DNA from: Hemiscyllium ocellatum
Lineage: Eukaryota
Assembly: GCF_020745735.1 (NCBI RefSeq)
Contig: NW_026867677.1
Location: forward strand, 62,001 to 126,000
Reading direction: 5' to 3'
Length of the DNA stretch: 64,000 nt
The notes below the pieces were generated by a model. That model saw only the letters and a program-made list of their open reading frames with translations. It was not told where the DNA came from and did not search any database. The translations under genes were made by a program, and so were the position numbers. This document shows, one piece after another, positions 23,941-35,780 of the stretch. Position 1 is the first letter of the stretch; every line of letters begins with the position of its first letter.

Positions 23941-26900
23941 TGCATGGGGAGGGATCAGGCAGAGAGGAAGAATCGGTGCAGCCATTGTGCAGCATCCATT
24001 TCCAATCCCACTGCAATGTCATTGCTTGCCCTCGACACCAAGCAGATGCTCCCATCACAAGAGGTTCCATGGCCCTGAGGACTGTGAGAGCGAGCCCTGT
24101 CCATTCAGCCCGATCATCAAGCTCCAGCCTTCCTGATGTGCTGGCAGCCAGGAGAACCCTGCCCATGGGAGATTCCACACACACTCCCTCCCTCCCGACA
24201 GGGAAAGATGATTCCATGGCCCTGCTTTCTCTCCAAACTGATCCAAATTCAAGTGTTGCTGAAAAAAAAGAGACATTTTGTCAAAGCTTTTGTCTTGCAC
24301 CCAACAAGACATTTTGTAAGAAATAGCGCAGCAAAATAATGAAGATCCCAGCGGGTCAGGCAGCATCCATGGAGAGAAAGCAAGGCAAAAAGAAATGCTT
24401 CCACAAGAAGGGTTTTGTCTCACTCAAGTACTATATTCTCAAATGACTATTTGAACCTGATTTCCTGTTTTACTTCAGGCCTGTTGAAATTCTAAAATTC
24501 TGTCTTTATTTGAATGGAGCATTCTGTTTATCATCATTCATCATTCAATTCCAATAACTGCATCAAAATGTTTTTCCTGATCTCTTTTCTGTACCTGGTA
24601 TATGACTGGAGAATATGTCATTTTGCCTTTCAGTTTATCTGCACTGATAGTAAATCTACATTTACTGTGATTATTTGTTTAAGAACTTTTGAACACCAGA
24701 ACACCCTCCCTCCACTGTCAAGATCCTGTTCTGGCCTTCATAGAATCACAGAATCGAGGAATTCCTACAGATTGGAAGCAGGACACACAGCCCAGCAAGC
24801 TCATACTGACCCTTTGAAGGCCATCCCACCCAGACGCACACCTTCCCCACCCTATTCCTGTAATCCTGCATTTTCCATGGCATTTTCCATTTGCCAACCT
24901 GCACTTCTCTTGTGACCCAAGATCCCCTATCCATGTCCCATTATCTATTGCCCCTCAAAGCAGCCCCTAACTGTGCACCATTCTAGCCATGACCTAACCA
25001 TGGTCACTCTCCCCTCCATCTCCTCACTATCAATATTCAATCCAAAATCACATTGACCTTTATTTCTGATATTTTTTCTAAGTTAAAGGAGATCTGTCAC
25101 TTGAATCCTTTCTTGCGCGCTGCAGTATTGTTTATAATATAGACCACCCTTCAACCTTTTTTGTTCTCAGAGGAGTTACAACCAAGAAAACCTCTTCCAG
25201 CTCTCAGTGGAGAAATTCAGTTATTCCCGTTTCCCTGCTCTACCCCAATTGCTTCCCTTTCTGTGTGACTGTGTTTCTAGTGTGTTCAACAATATCTGAC
25301 ACTTGCCTGCCGAATGCTCTTACACCCATTGATACCTGTTGAGGTCTCCCAGATAAATTGCTGCTCTTTCCAGTTTGGTGACCCGTTTTGATAGCAGTTT
25401 GTTCAGTCTTTCAGTATAATTCATTTTGTGTCTGATCTCAGTGTCAATCCGAAGGACACTCCACCTTTCAGTCTGACAAACCAGGGTCACCCATGTCATG
25501 GCTCTGTTTCTGGCCGAGGGTCCAGTCTTTCAAAGAGATGAATTCAAGCTTCACCAGTTTGATCATTTGAAGAGTATCTCATTTATATTGATTTCTCCGA
25601 GGATGGGTGGGCACAAAAGTGGCTGCTATTTTTTGCCCTTTCCTAATTGTCCTGGAGAGGGCGGTGGTGAGCCATATAATATCTGGGAAGGAAGGCGCTG
25701 CGATCAGAACAATAAAACCCATGAAACTCAATGTCGTGTTCATGAATGTAGTTTGGACAAGGGAACCCAGTCATCATCCCGTCTGTGACTCCAGTCCCAC
25801 AGTGACGTGATTCATTCTTAATGGCCCCATAATCTGGCTCAGAACTCAGTCCGAGTAACTAGGGATGGGCAATAAATTTGTGGTTTAATTTACAATAGTT
25901 TATAAAATAGTTCATTTAAAAAAATATTTAAAATATTTAAATCTATGTTAACCTGAGTGCACAAGGCATAACTTCAAAATTTGCTGATGGTATGAAACTT
26001 GGATGTATTACAGCTGATGAAGAAGATAGTTCTAACTTCAAAAAGGATGTAGATAAGTTAATGGAATGAGCAGATAGCTGTAGAAACAATTTAATGGAAA
26101 GAGATGTCACTGATTCATTTTGGAAAGAAAACAGGGGAGACAAAACAAACTAAAGGGTACAAGTATGGATGGGTGTAGGGGTACTTGGATCTGGATATTT
26201 TTGTGCATCAGTCACTGAAGGTGGCAGGATAGGCTGCTGTTCTCATAAGAGAGCAGCTGATTAAAGCAGATGCCATATCAACATGAGCATAGAATACAGC
26301 GTGGATGTGAAAAGCATGTTTCCTTTTCAGCGAGAATATCAAATTAAAACAAATTCCCTCATAGAAGACGGAGATAAGCAGGTTCTTTTTCTTGCATAAG
26401 GTCATGGATCTTCGGAACTCTTCATCAAACATAGAAATGAAACCTCTGAATGCTTGTAATGAAGAGGTAGATAGCCATTGCTTTCAAGAATCTATCAGAG
26501 TAAGGCAAGAATGTAGAATAATCAGGTCAGCCATGGGGAGCAGGCTCAAGAGGATGAATCTCCTTCCTCTGCCACTCACTCATTTGATCGTGTGTCCAGT
26601 TCCACCGTTGAAAGAACAGCACCTTGAAAGCTTGTGGTTTTCAATAAAGCAGCTGAAGTGGCTGCTGGTGTGTGTGGGCGCCAATGGAAGGGGACTTTAC
26701 CCATAATCCTCAGCATCAGTGCAAGCGCTCTCTCGCCACTAGAGGGTAGTGCTTCATTGTCCCTGATCAGTAAAAAATTAACTGGGACTCTGCTTAGAGC
26801 AAAGAGGCTGAATCTATAGAGACCCATAGAGAGGCAGTGCAGCTTTAGAAGCAGGGTACTTATCACACCACAATGAAAATGTCCCCTGTGATAAGAAAAG

Positions 26901-27039
26901 TACTTTGATGTGACTTTCGTTTGTCTTCACAGTGTGCTGTTTTGTTCATTCTGTGAAACACATAGATGATGTCAGTACTGAGTGGCACAAAGTATATTTT
27001 CCTCCTCTAACCCCTTTCCAAAACACCCTCTCCATCTTG

Positions 27040-28345
27040 CTTTACTCCTTATTGACTCTTCTACAATTGTCCCTGTTCCCTCACTCCGTCCCTGTCCCAG
27101 AGGGATTGATGGCCGGAGTTCATGACCCCGCACTGTGTGAAGGTTGGTGTGACGTGAGGCCAGTGTGTTGGAGCTTGGGCTCCTCCCTCAGGCCCAGGTG
27201 TAGGGGCCTGTTCAACAATCTGCACATTGTCCTTTTTCTCTTTCTGACCGTACTGGAGTTTTCAAGCTGCTGGCAACAAACTGTCTTGTCTAAAATTCTC
27301 CTAGCACTGGACAGATTTCTGCTGTTGATTTTTCTTCTCTCTCTGGAGTCAGCTCTGTATTCAGTGCCTGTTATCATTTTGTTAGAGTTCATATGTCAGC
27401 TGCTGCTTCCTTGCTATGGACTTGGAAAAAAATCATCAATGCCTCTTGAGATTTAAATAATTTAACATTCCAATGATGTGAATGCATCAGTGTTGTTTAT
27501 AGCAGGGAGCATTTAACATCATGGTTCTAGGTTTTAATGGATCCTCTCTCATGATAATACAGTTTGCAATGTTTCTCTCCACTTATGTGTTATTCAGATG
27601 CTTGCAAACCTGTTATGATGAGGACAGTGCGTCTTCAACTCTGTGTGACGGAGTGGATGGGTGTTTGATTTCTCATCTCACTATCGTCCAGTTTTCAAAG
27701 AAAATGCTGTAGTCTTTGAAATGAGATTATCTATAATGTGTTTGGATTTTATTTTTGCAATGCCAATTTTCATAAACAATATCCTGTTCCATTTTGTAGT
27801 TATGTTTGTCAATGAATGTTCTCTGAGATACTGAGAGTTTATACAACACGCCATTTGCCGGTGACCCAGATGTTGGCTGAAGCCTCTGGTTGTTCGGTTA
27901 GTCAAAGCCATTGTCTTGCTCTCTGCAGTTAGACCATCAACTTGGTTTCTCAGTGTGAGCCAGGAGACCACTGTGTGGTGACTTCCTGCCCCACTGTCAG
28001 TGTAAAGGTAAGTGGGAACTGTCGTGGTTAATCCCATCATGAACATCAGAACATTCTGCTCAGTTGAAACTACATCCACTGACTAATTTCTCTGGCCACC
28101 ATCGCAGTAAAACCAAAACTCTCCCTTTGTCAGCACAAAGAGAAAGTGTCCGTCAGATTCCCTCGTGTGTGATGGTTTAGCCCAATAGGAGCAGCACTGG
28201 TAGACCATGCTGCATCAGCCTGCACAGAAACTTGGGCAAATTCCAAATGAAAATGTGATCTTCAATGGATCTGCTGCTACAGGAAATATGCAATTGGAAT
28301 CCTTGTTAATGAATCACCTCATCAAACCTAAATACAATGGAGAAA
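27040..28345 (-). pseudogene. Unidentified decayed coding-like segment, copy 2 (longer)
   Basis: ..FGICPSFCAG*CSMVYQCCSYWAKPSHTRESDGHFLFVLTKG.. through ..FFENWTIVR*EIKHPSTPSHRVEDALSSS*QVCKHL..; multiple stops and frame changes. Confidence 0.3.
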
Positions 28346-29296
28346 ATATAAACCAAATCAATTTCCCATGGTCACAACACAACAAGAAAGTGGGGAACAG
28401 ACAGATGCTGTCCCATGTCTTTAGGGAGCATTGCTTTTCCTGTCCCCTCTCTCTCTGTGGGTTAAAATTTTTACCATCCTTTCTGTGTGAGAATATTACT
28501 GTTCCTGTCTCCACTCTCTTGGGGACAGGTAGGGATGTCACATCCACCCGGTTCGTTCGTTCCATTTACTCTTCTGAAATGGGTAACCCCTACTTCACCA
28601 TGTGTGTGAGCCATGAGTGAAAGTCCAGCACAGCTCACCCTTCATCTCAATCAGATCACAGGGGTCTAAGGTTAGTCAATGCTGTTTGGACCAGACAAAA
28701 GCACTGACTGACTGGAGACAATTCAGATCAAGTCCCAGTGAGACTGCTATTGACCTTCATCCTCAAAGCACACTGAGGATGTGGTCATTAGACCCAGTGT
28801 TGTCACAAAGTAAGTTCTCCCAGAGATTCATGATCCATTCCAGATTTTACACAAGTGTGCGATGTTGTTGGATGACAGGTGGGAAGGCTTGGAGACAAAA
28901 CATAAAACGAGAGAGAATTATATTCGTATTTTGCCGTTTTTGAGCTTGGATGTTGGAAAATGTTTTAAAGCCAATTCAATACTTCCGAAGTCCTGGCATT
29001 GCTGTGATGTGGGAATTGTGACAGCCTGGGCAAGGCAGATCATATGGCAGCACCACCCAGAGACTGGAGGCTGCTACTGCAGGCAGGGGACAAACCAGTT
29101 GTGCTGTGAGGGAAGGACACTGAAGCACACAAGGACATGAGAAATAGAAGCAGGAGTCCATCATTTCTTAAATACAGGGACAAAAATTGCACACAATACT
29201 TCAAATGCAGGCTCACTAATACCCTTTAAAGATTTAAGAAGATTTCTCTACTTTTAAATTCCAACCCCAGACAACAAAGGTTGTGGGTGGCCGTGT

Positions 29297-29603
29297 GGGC
29301 GGCACGGTGGACAGTGGTTAGCACTGCTGTCTCACAGCGCCTGAGACCCGGGTTCAATTCCCGACTCAGACGACTGACTGTGTGGAGTTTGCATGTTCTC
29401 CCCGTGTCTGCGTGGGTTTCCTGTGGGTGCTCCGGTTTCCTCCCACAGTCCAAAGATGTGCGGGTCAGGTGAATTGGCCATGTTAAATTGCCTGTAGTGT
29501 TAGGTAAGGGGTAAATGTAGAGGTATGGATGGGTTGCACTTTGGCAGGTTGGTGTGGACTTGTTGGGCCGAAGGGCCTGTTTCCACACTGTAAGTAATCT
29601 AAA
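29297..29603 (+). mobile_element. Full-length HE1-like V-SINE
   Basis: gggcggcacggtggacagtggttagc (A box), ggttcaattcc (B box), V-domain, and tail gaagggcctgtttccacactgtaagtaatcta. Confidence 0.9.
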
Positions 29604-29929
29604 ATTCCATTCGCCTTCTCAATTCCTTGCTGTACTTACTTTCTGTGTTTCATGCACAATACTACTCAGATCACTCTGTATTGCACTTTGTTGGAATCTC
29701 TCACTATTTAAATACTAGTCGGCCTTTCGATTATTCTGAACAAAGTGCATGGTCTCACTTTCTGATATTAAATTCTGTCCACTGTGTATGAGTGTTTCAT
29801 TTCCAGTTTGGTCTTCTCTTTGTAATTGACTGTCTCAATGCATCTATCTGTAGTGTGTCCCATTCCCATTTGTTGATGGCCCTGACCCTTGATTGTCCAG
29901 CCCTTTCCTGCTGGTTCCATTCAATGACA

Positions 29930-32700
29930 GGCAGGAGGCTGGAGGAACACAGCAAGTCAGGCAGCATCAGGCGGTGAAGAAGTTAATGTTTTGGGTGTAA
30001 CTCTTCTTCAGGAATGGTGGTGGGTGTAGGCGGAGCTGCAGATAAAGGGGGTGGCAGGGGCAGAGTGGAGAACAGGGATAGATGAAGACAGGCAGAGGAC
30101 ACGACCTGATTCGTCAATGGAAGGAATGAATCTGTTTGGTGGCAGAGAGGACTGGAAGAGATGGGAGGGGCTGGGGAGGGAGTCAGGGGATGACAAGGGA
30201 AGATATTTGAAATTGGAGAACTCAGTGTTGAATCCTCTGGGCTGTAGGCTGCTCAGGCAGAAGATGAGGTATTGTTCCTCCAATTTGCAGTTTGGTTCAT
30301 TGTGGCAATGGAGGAGGCCAAGGATGGTCATGTTGGAAAGGGAGTGGGAAGGGGAATTAAAATGGGTGGTGACTGGGAGGTCTGGTCGGCCCCTACAGGC
30401 CCAGCTGAGATGCACGACCAACCGCTGCCTAAGTTTATGTTTGGTCTTCCAGATGTAGAGAAGACCACATCGCCGTCACCTGATGCAGTAAACTCGGTTG
30501 GAGGAGAGGCAGGTGAACCTCTGTCTCACCTGGAAGGACTGTTTGGGGCCCTGGATGGAGGTGCTGGGGTTGGTGTACCAGCAGGCTTTGCATCATTTCC
30601 GTTTGCAGGGGAAGGTACCGGGGGGTTCAGGAGAGATGGTGGAGAGAGTGGTGCAAACCAAGAATTGTCAAAGAGAACAGTCCTTGTGGAAGGCAGACAG
30701 GGGTAGCGTGAGGAAGAGATTCTTGGTGGTGGGGTCTTGTTGGGGTTGGCGGAATAGGATGATGTGTTGTATACAGAGATTGGTTTGGGTGATAGGTGAG
30801 GACAATGGGCACTCTGTCTTTATTCTGTTTGGAGGGGGTGGGTTTAGAGCAGTGGAATGGGAAATGGAGGTGGTGCGATGGATGACAGAGGGAGCAAAAG
30901 CATGTTGTTCGAAATAGGTGGACATCTGGAATACTTCGGAGTGGAATGTTTCCTCATCCGAGCAGATAGAGCAGAGGTGGAGGAATTGGAAGAATGGGAT
31001 AGAGTTCTTGCAGGACACTGGGTGTGAGAATGCATAGTCTGGGTAATAATGGGAGTCTGTGAGTTTGCAGTAAATGTCTATCTGAACACTGTCGCTGGGG
31101 ATGGGAATGGAGAGGTCAATGAAGGGGAGGGAGGTGTCCAAGGTGGACCAAGTGAATTTGAGAGTATGGTGGAAGTTGTGGGCGAAGACGATGAACTGCT
31201 CCAGTTCAGCCTGGGTGCAGGTCACTGCACCAATGCAGTCATCGATGTAATGGTAGCAGAGCTGGGGCACAGTGCCTGTGTAGGCACTGAAGAGGGACTG
31301 TTCAGCATAGCCAATAAAGGGGCAGGGGGAGCTGGGGCCCATCCAGGTAATCATAGCCACCCCTGGATTTAGAGGAACTGGGAGGAGTTAAAGGAAAAGT
31401 TGTTGAGGGTGAGGACCAGTTGGGCCAGATGGAGGAGGGTATTGGTGGAGGGGGAGTGGATGGATCTGTTGGAGAGAAAAAAGCAGAGGGCCAGGAGGCT
31501 GATCTTGTTGGGTATGGACATATATAAGGACTGTCCATAGTGAAGGTAAAGTGCTGGAGGCCTGGGAACTGAAGGTTTCTGAAGAGATGGAGAGCATGGT
31601 TGGTGTCACGGATGTAGGTGGGAAGTGCCTGAACCCAGGAGGAGAGGATGGAGTTGAGGTAGGATGAGAGGAGTTCGGTGGGGCAGGAGCATGTTGAGAT
31701 GATGGGTCGGCCGGTGTAGTTGGGTTTGTGGATCTTGGGGAGCAGGTAGAACTGGGCAGTGCAGGGCTGGGGGACTATGAGATTGGAGACAGTGGAGGGG
31801 AGATCACTGGAGGCAATGGGGGCACTGACAGTGTGAGTGATTTTGGCCTGATGGGTCACGGTGGGGTCATGGGCAAGGGGGAGGCAGAACGTGGTGTCAG
31901 AGAGTTGGGGTTCGGCCACTGCGACATAGAGGTCCGTTCCCCAGACTACCGCCTTTGTCAGTGGGTTTGATGGTGAACCAGGGGTTGGTACGGAGAGAGT
32001 GGATTGCTGCACGTTTGGAGGAGGGGTGATTGGAGAGGGTGAGGGTGGTGGAGAAATTGAGGCAGATGATGTCACATCAGTGGTCAGCAATAAAGAGCTC
32101 TAGGGTGTGTACACAGCTGTTGGTGGGGGGGGGTGGGGGGGTGACCAAGTGGAGGAGGAAGGTTGGTGATGGGAGAAGGGGTCCTCAGAGGGAGTTTGGG
32201 AGTTTTTGTTAAAGAAGAAGACACGGAGGTAGAGGCGGCGGAAGAAGAGCTCCACGTCCTGGTGGGTGCGGGATTTTTTGAAGTAGGCAACGAATGTGAG
32301 CCCTTTTCTCAGGATGGATCTTTTGGCCTCAGAGAGTTCGAGGTCGTGGGGGGGTGGTAAATAAGGGGCAAGGCTCGGGGTGGGGGATGAGGTTTTCAGG
32401 GGGGTCTGAGATGGCTGAAGGAGGGGAGGGGGAAAGGGTAATGGGAATGGGAGAGAATGGGTGTGGGAGAGAAAGGAGATTGGGGTGGAGGTGGGTTATG
32501 GAGTGAGGTGTAGGAGTGGGAAGGTGGGGATGTGGTGAAGAGGGAGAAGTGGAGGGATAGGGTGCACTGTGGGGGTGGATGGGTGAGGAGGGAGAGCGAG
32601 TGTGCTGGCTGGCTGCAGGTAGGCAGTTGGACTCAGGGGGACTGTGGGAATTGTAGTCTCAGTCCTGGTTGCAGAGTGGGAGGGGCCAGAAGTGGAGGCA
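29930..32700 (-). mobile_element. Near full-length decayed Penelope-like retroelement (RT + GIY-YIG)
   Basis: ORF pieces: LPKIHKPNYTGRPIISTCSCPTE, FTFTMD, MGPSSP, HYIDD, PFIDLS, SHPVSCKNSIPF, then PVTTHFNSPSHS..EEQYLIFCLSSLQPRGFN. Degenerate hammerhead core at ~29985-30015. Confidence 0.9.
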
Positions 32701-32739
32701 GATGCTGGAGCGAAGTCAAGGCTGGATTGGGTGTTTTGA

Positions 32740-33036
32740 CCCAGGTTCAATTCCAGCCTCAGGCAACTGTCTGTGTGGAGTTTGCACATTCTCCAAGTGC
32801 CTGCGTAGGTTTCTTCTGGGTGCTCTGGTTTCCTCCCACAGTCTAAAGACGTGCAGGTTAGGTGAATTGGCCATGCTAAGTTGCCCACAGTGGTCAGGGA
32901 TGTGTAGGTTAGGCTCATTAGTCAGGGGAAAAGCAGAGTAATAAGACAGGGGATTGGGTCTTGGGTAGGTTACTCTTCCAAGGGTCAGTGTTGACATGTT
33001 GGGCCAAGTGGCCTGTTTCCTCACTGTAGGGATTTT
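32740..33036 (+). mobile_element. HE1-like V-SINE, 5'-truncated
   Basis: Begins at the B box (ggttcaattcc); V-domain and tail present. Confidence 0.85.
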
Positions 33037-33750
33037 ATGACAGTCCATTCCGGATTCCCACCACCTGTTGAGTGAAAAAGTTCTTCACCAAATCTTATTT
33101 GCAGTGTCCATAATGAAATCTTTCAAACCATTCATTTTGTTGAATGTCATTTAGCTCTTGAGCTCCTTGTTCAATAAATGTTTTATTCTTTTTGATGAAA
33201 TATGAGTTCCCTGACAGGGACGGTTAACTTTGTCCAATCAGGGAGCCCTGGCTGACAGATAAAAAGGGGAATGTCAGAAGGACTGATACTCTGGGACCTG
33301 ACTCTGAATAACAACCTGCCAACCAACCCCCTCCTTCTGTCACCCTCAATCTCCCCATGCTTACTCTTGTTTCACCTTCGATCCAGCCTGTGCTGCCTTT
33401 GGGAGAGGTTGGCCTTCCCTCCATCACCCAGGAATGTGGTCATCATCCCAGAGCAGTCACACTTTTAACCTGAGGGTCATTACAGCTGTAGCAGGGGGAG
33501 AGAAAGTGGCACCTTCATGGTGGTCATACCTGTCATTAATCCACCGCAACCTCTCTTGGGGCTGCAAGAATTCAACCTCCCTCCCTCAGACAGCTCCCCT
33601 CCCTGGAAGGTAATATTGCTGCACCTTGTTTTGGGTTAATTAACCACTGAAATATGACTATGGGGAGCCAGCATTGGCTGGGCAGGCAGCCACCATTGAC
33701 CCTGGATTCAGAAAGTCCCCTTGTAATTGGACATCACATTAGGGAGCACA

Positions 33751-34545
33751 GTCTAGATTAGAGTAGTGCTGGAAAAGCACAGCAGGTCAGGCAGCATCTG
33801 AGGAGCAGGAAAATCGACATTTCTGCATGAGGGAGCACAGTGCCCACTGCCTCTGAAATCCCTCCCTTACTGAGAATACACTCTCAGTATTCACCTTTTT
33901 CAGCTGCCATCTGAATTTACTATAAATTCTGTGTCCAATGATCCTGCCCCTCCAGCTACCTGATGAAGAAACAGTGCTCTGAACGCTTCTACTTTGAAAT
34001 AAACCTGTTTGACTATCACCTGGAGTTGTGTGTTTTTTAACTTTGGCCATCTGAATGAGCTGCCATCTCAGACTGAATCAGCAGAACTGTTTTCCATTCA
34101 TGATTTGAGAAGATTAAAGCCTAATCTTCAATCCCCAGCACAAAGCCCATTCTCAATCCATCACTCGGAGACACATACCTCAGAGAGACACCTACAGACA
34201 GCACAGAGTAACACACTCACTCTGTGAGACAGGTTGCACTGAGGACCATGATCACACTCCATGCTGGAGACAGGTGTCTCCGAATGTGGGTGCGTTACTG
34301 AACGCTGCCTGTAGGTGTCTCTCTGAGTAACAAATCCACACTGAGAGAGACCCCTCCAAGCAGCATTAAGTTAAACACTCACACTCAGAGAGGCACACAT
34401 TCCAGATAGAGCTTTATTCCTGATGAAGGGCTTTGCCCGAAACATCGATTTTCCTGCTCCTCAGATGCTGCCTGACCTGCTGTGCTTTTCCAGTACCACT
34501 CTAATCTAGAATCTGGTTTCCAGCATCTGCAGTCCTTGTTTTTAC
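33751..34545. mobile_element. Two oppositely oriented PLE terminal fragments ~600 bp apart
   Basis: 33751-33823 is the reverse complement of 34439-34510. CUGAUGA-A-GGGC(UUU)GCCC-GAAAC-AUC at 34420-34447. Confidence 0.7.
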
Positions 34546-35124
34546 CTCAGAGAGACACAGCTGACAATGTCAGTGATTGGCCGAAGATTGTTTCAGCAGC
34601 TACCCAACATGCAGCAGAGATTGCACAGTGCGATCCCATCAGATGGGCCTGGACCAACAGAGTGAAGAGGGAATGCATCAGATTGTACTTATTGAGTCCT
34701 AACAGCTTTCGGTTTCTGTTCTTTTTGGAATCTTGTAACCTACATAAATTCCTGATCAAAGGGATCATTTGAAAATGATTAATGATTGATGATTGTAATT
34801 GATTGACAGGCCAACCAGCCAATCTTGACAATGACCTGCTGAAATGCAGCCAATCAACTGGGGGGTGGGGAAGGTTATCTATTTCCAAAGCATACACCAG
34901 ACAGAGACTGAATCTTCACCTTTATTCCCTTTTCCACATTCACATTGACAGAAAAAAAACTGCAATTAACAGCCCAGACAGAGGAAGCTGCTCAAATTCA
35001 CAGCCACAATGGTGTTTAAGGAAAACATTTGTGGAGAATTGCTCAATAACATGAGAATCCTGTCCCTTTAAACAGTGACAAAACCTTAAATTGGAACTGA
35101 CAGCTGAGCAGGAAGGAGATCTGG

Positions 35125-35130
35125 TTTATT
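35125..35130 (-). terminator. Candidate polyadenylation signal AATAAA for the C exon (second candidate at 34921-34926)
   Basis: tttatt on the plus strand, ~320 nt downstream of the stop codon; position only, no transcript evidence. Confidence 0.5.
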
Positions 35131-35451
35131 GAAGCAGAGAATTCTGAGGTTCACATTGTTTTGTACAGCTGACAGTCTTCAGCAACTTCAAGAGATTTTA
35201 CTTGGCATCACAAGTCAACCCTGTCCCCATCAAACACTCCCAGAACAGGGACAGCATGGGGTTTGACACAGCATAAAGCTCCCTCGACACTGTCGCAATG
35301 ATGTGCTTTAACATCCAAACCTCAGAAGGTTCCCTGAGCAGTCCTGAGAAGGAAGAGAGTTGAAATTCAGTGCTGACAATGACCTTTGTCCTGCCAGCTC
35401 AGCCCTGTTCTATTTAAAGTTGTGTCTCCTCTGTGGACTGTCTCCAACACT

Positions 35452-35780
35452 CTACACACATTCTGATCTCCTGATGCTCTTGCTGAGGGGAGAGGGGAGG
35501 GTCACGTGGGTGAGGGCACAGGAGAAGCGAGCGTTGGACTCCCAGTCAGACCCAGAGAGGGTCAGCAGGCTGCTGACACTGTAGGTGCTGTCCGAAGCTC
35601 GCAGGTAGTTGCTGGTCTGAACCCCGTCCGAAATGACTGCACCGTCTTTCTTCCACTGCACCTCCAGCTCATCGGGATAGAAGTGATTGGCAAGGCACAC
35701 CAGGGTGGCAGTGTCCTTGGCATTAATCTGCTCAGGGGAGGGGGGCAGCAGGGTCAGCTTGGGCTGAGAGTTGTCACGGA
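35452..35780 (-). CDS. IGKC: Ig kappa-type (NS4-like) constant exon, complete (C2)
   Basis: Acceptor tttcttttgtctttcag (35781+). xRDNSQPKLTLLPPSPEQINAKDTATLVCLANHFYPDELEVQWKK...FSCALTHVTLPSPLSKSIRRSECV*: both domain Cys, the Trp and the penultimate interchain Cys are intact. Confidence 0.96.

Larger units (their letters stand above)
25685..29925 (-). repeat. Right arm of the ~4.3 kb inverted duplication (partner 10075-14460)
   Basis: See left arm; interrupted by an HE1 SINE at 29297-29603. Confidence 0.88.

Noticed and set aside
23793-24423. Overlapping 120-177 aa ORFs as a host gene
   Set aside because: Partly overlap PLE sequence; no recognisable domain or splice architecture.
33200-33310. 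Possible solo-LTR fragment (CCAAT and TATA-like boxes)
   Set aside because: No TG..CA termini, TSD or second copy could be identified in the window.
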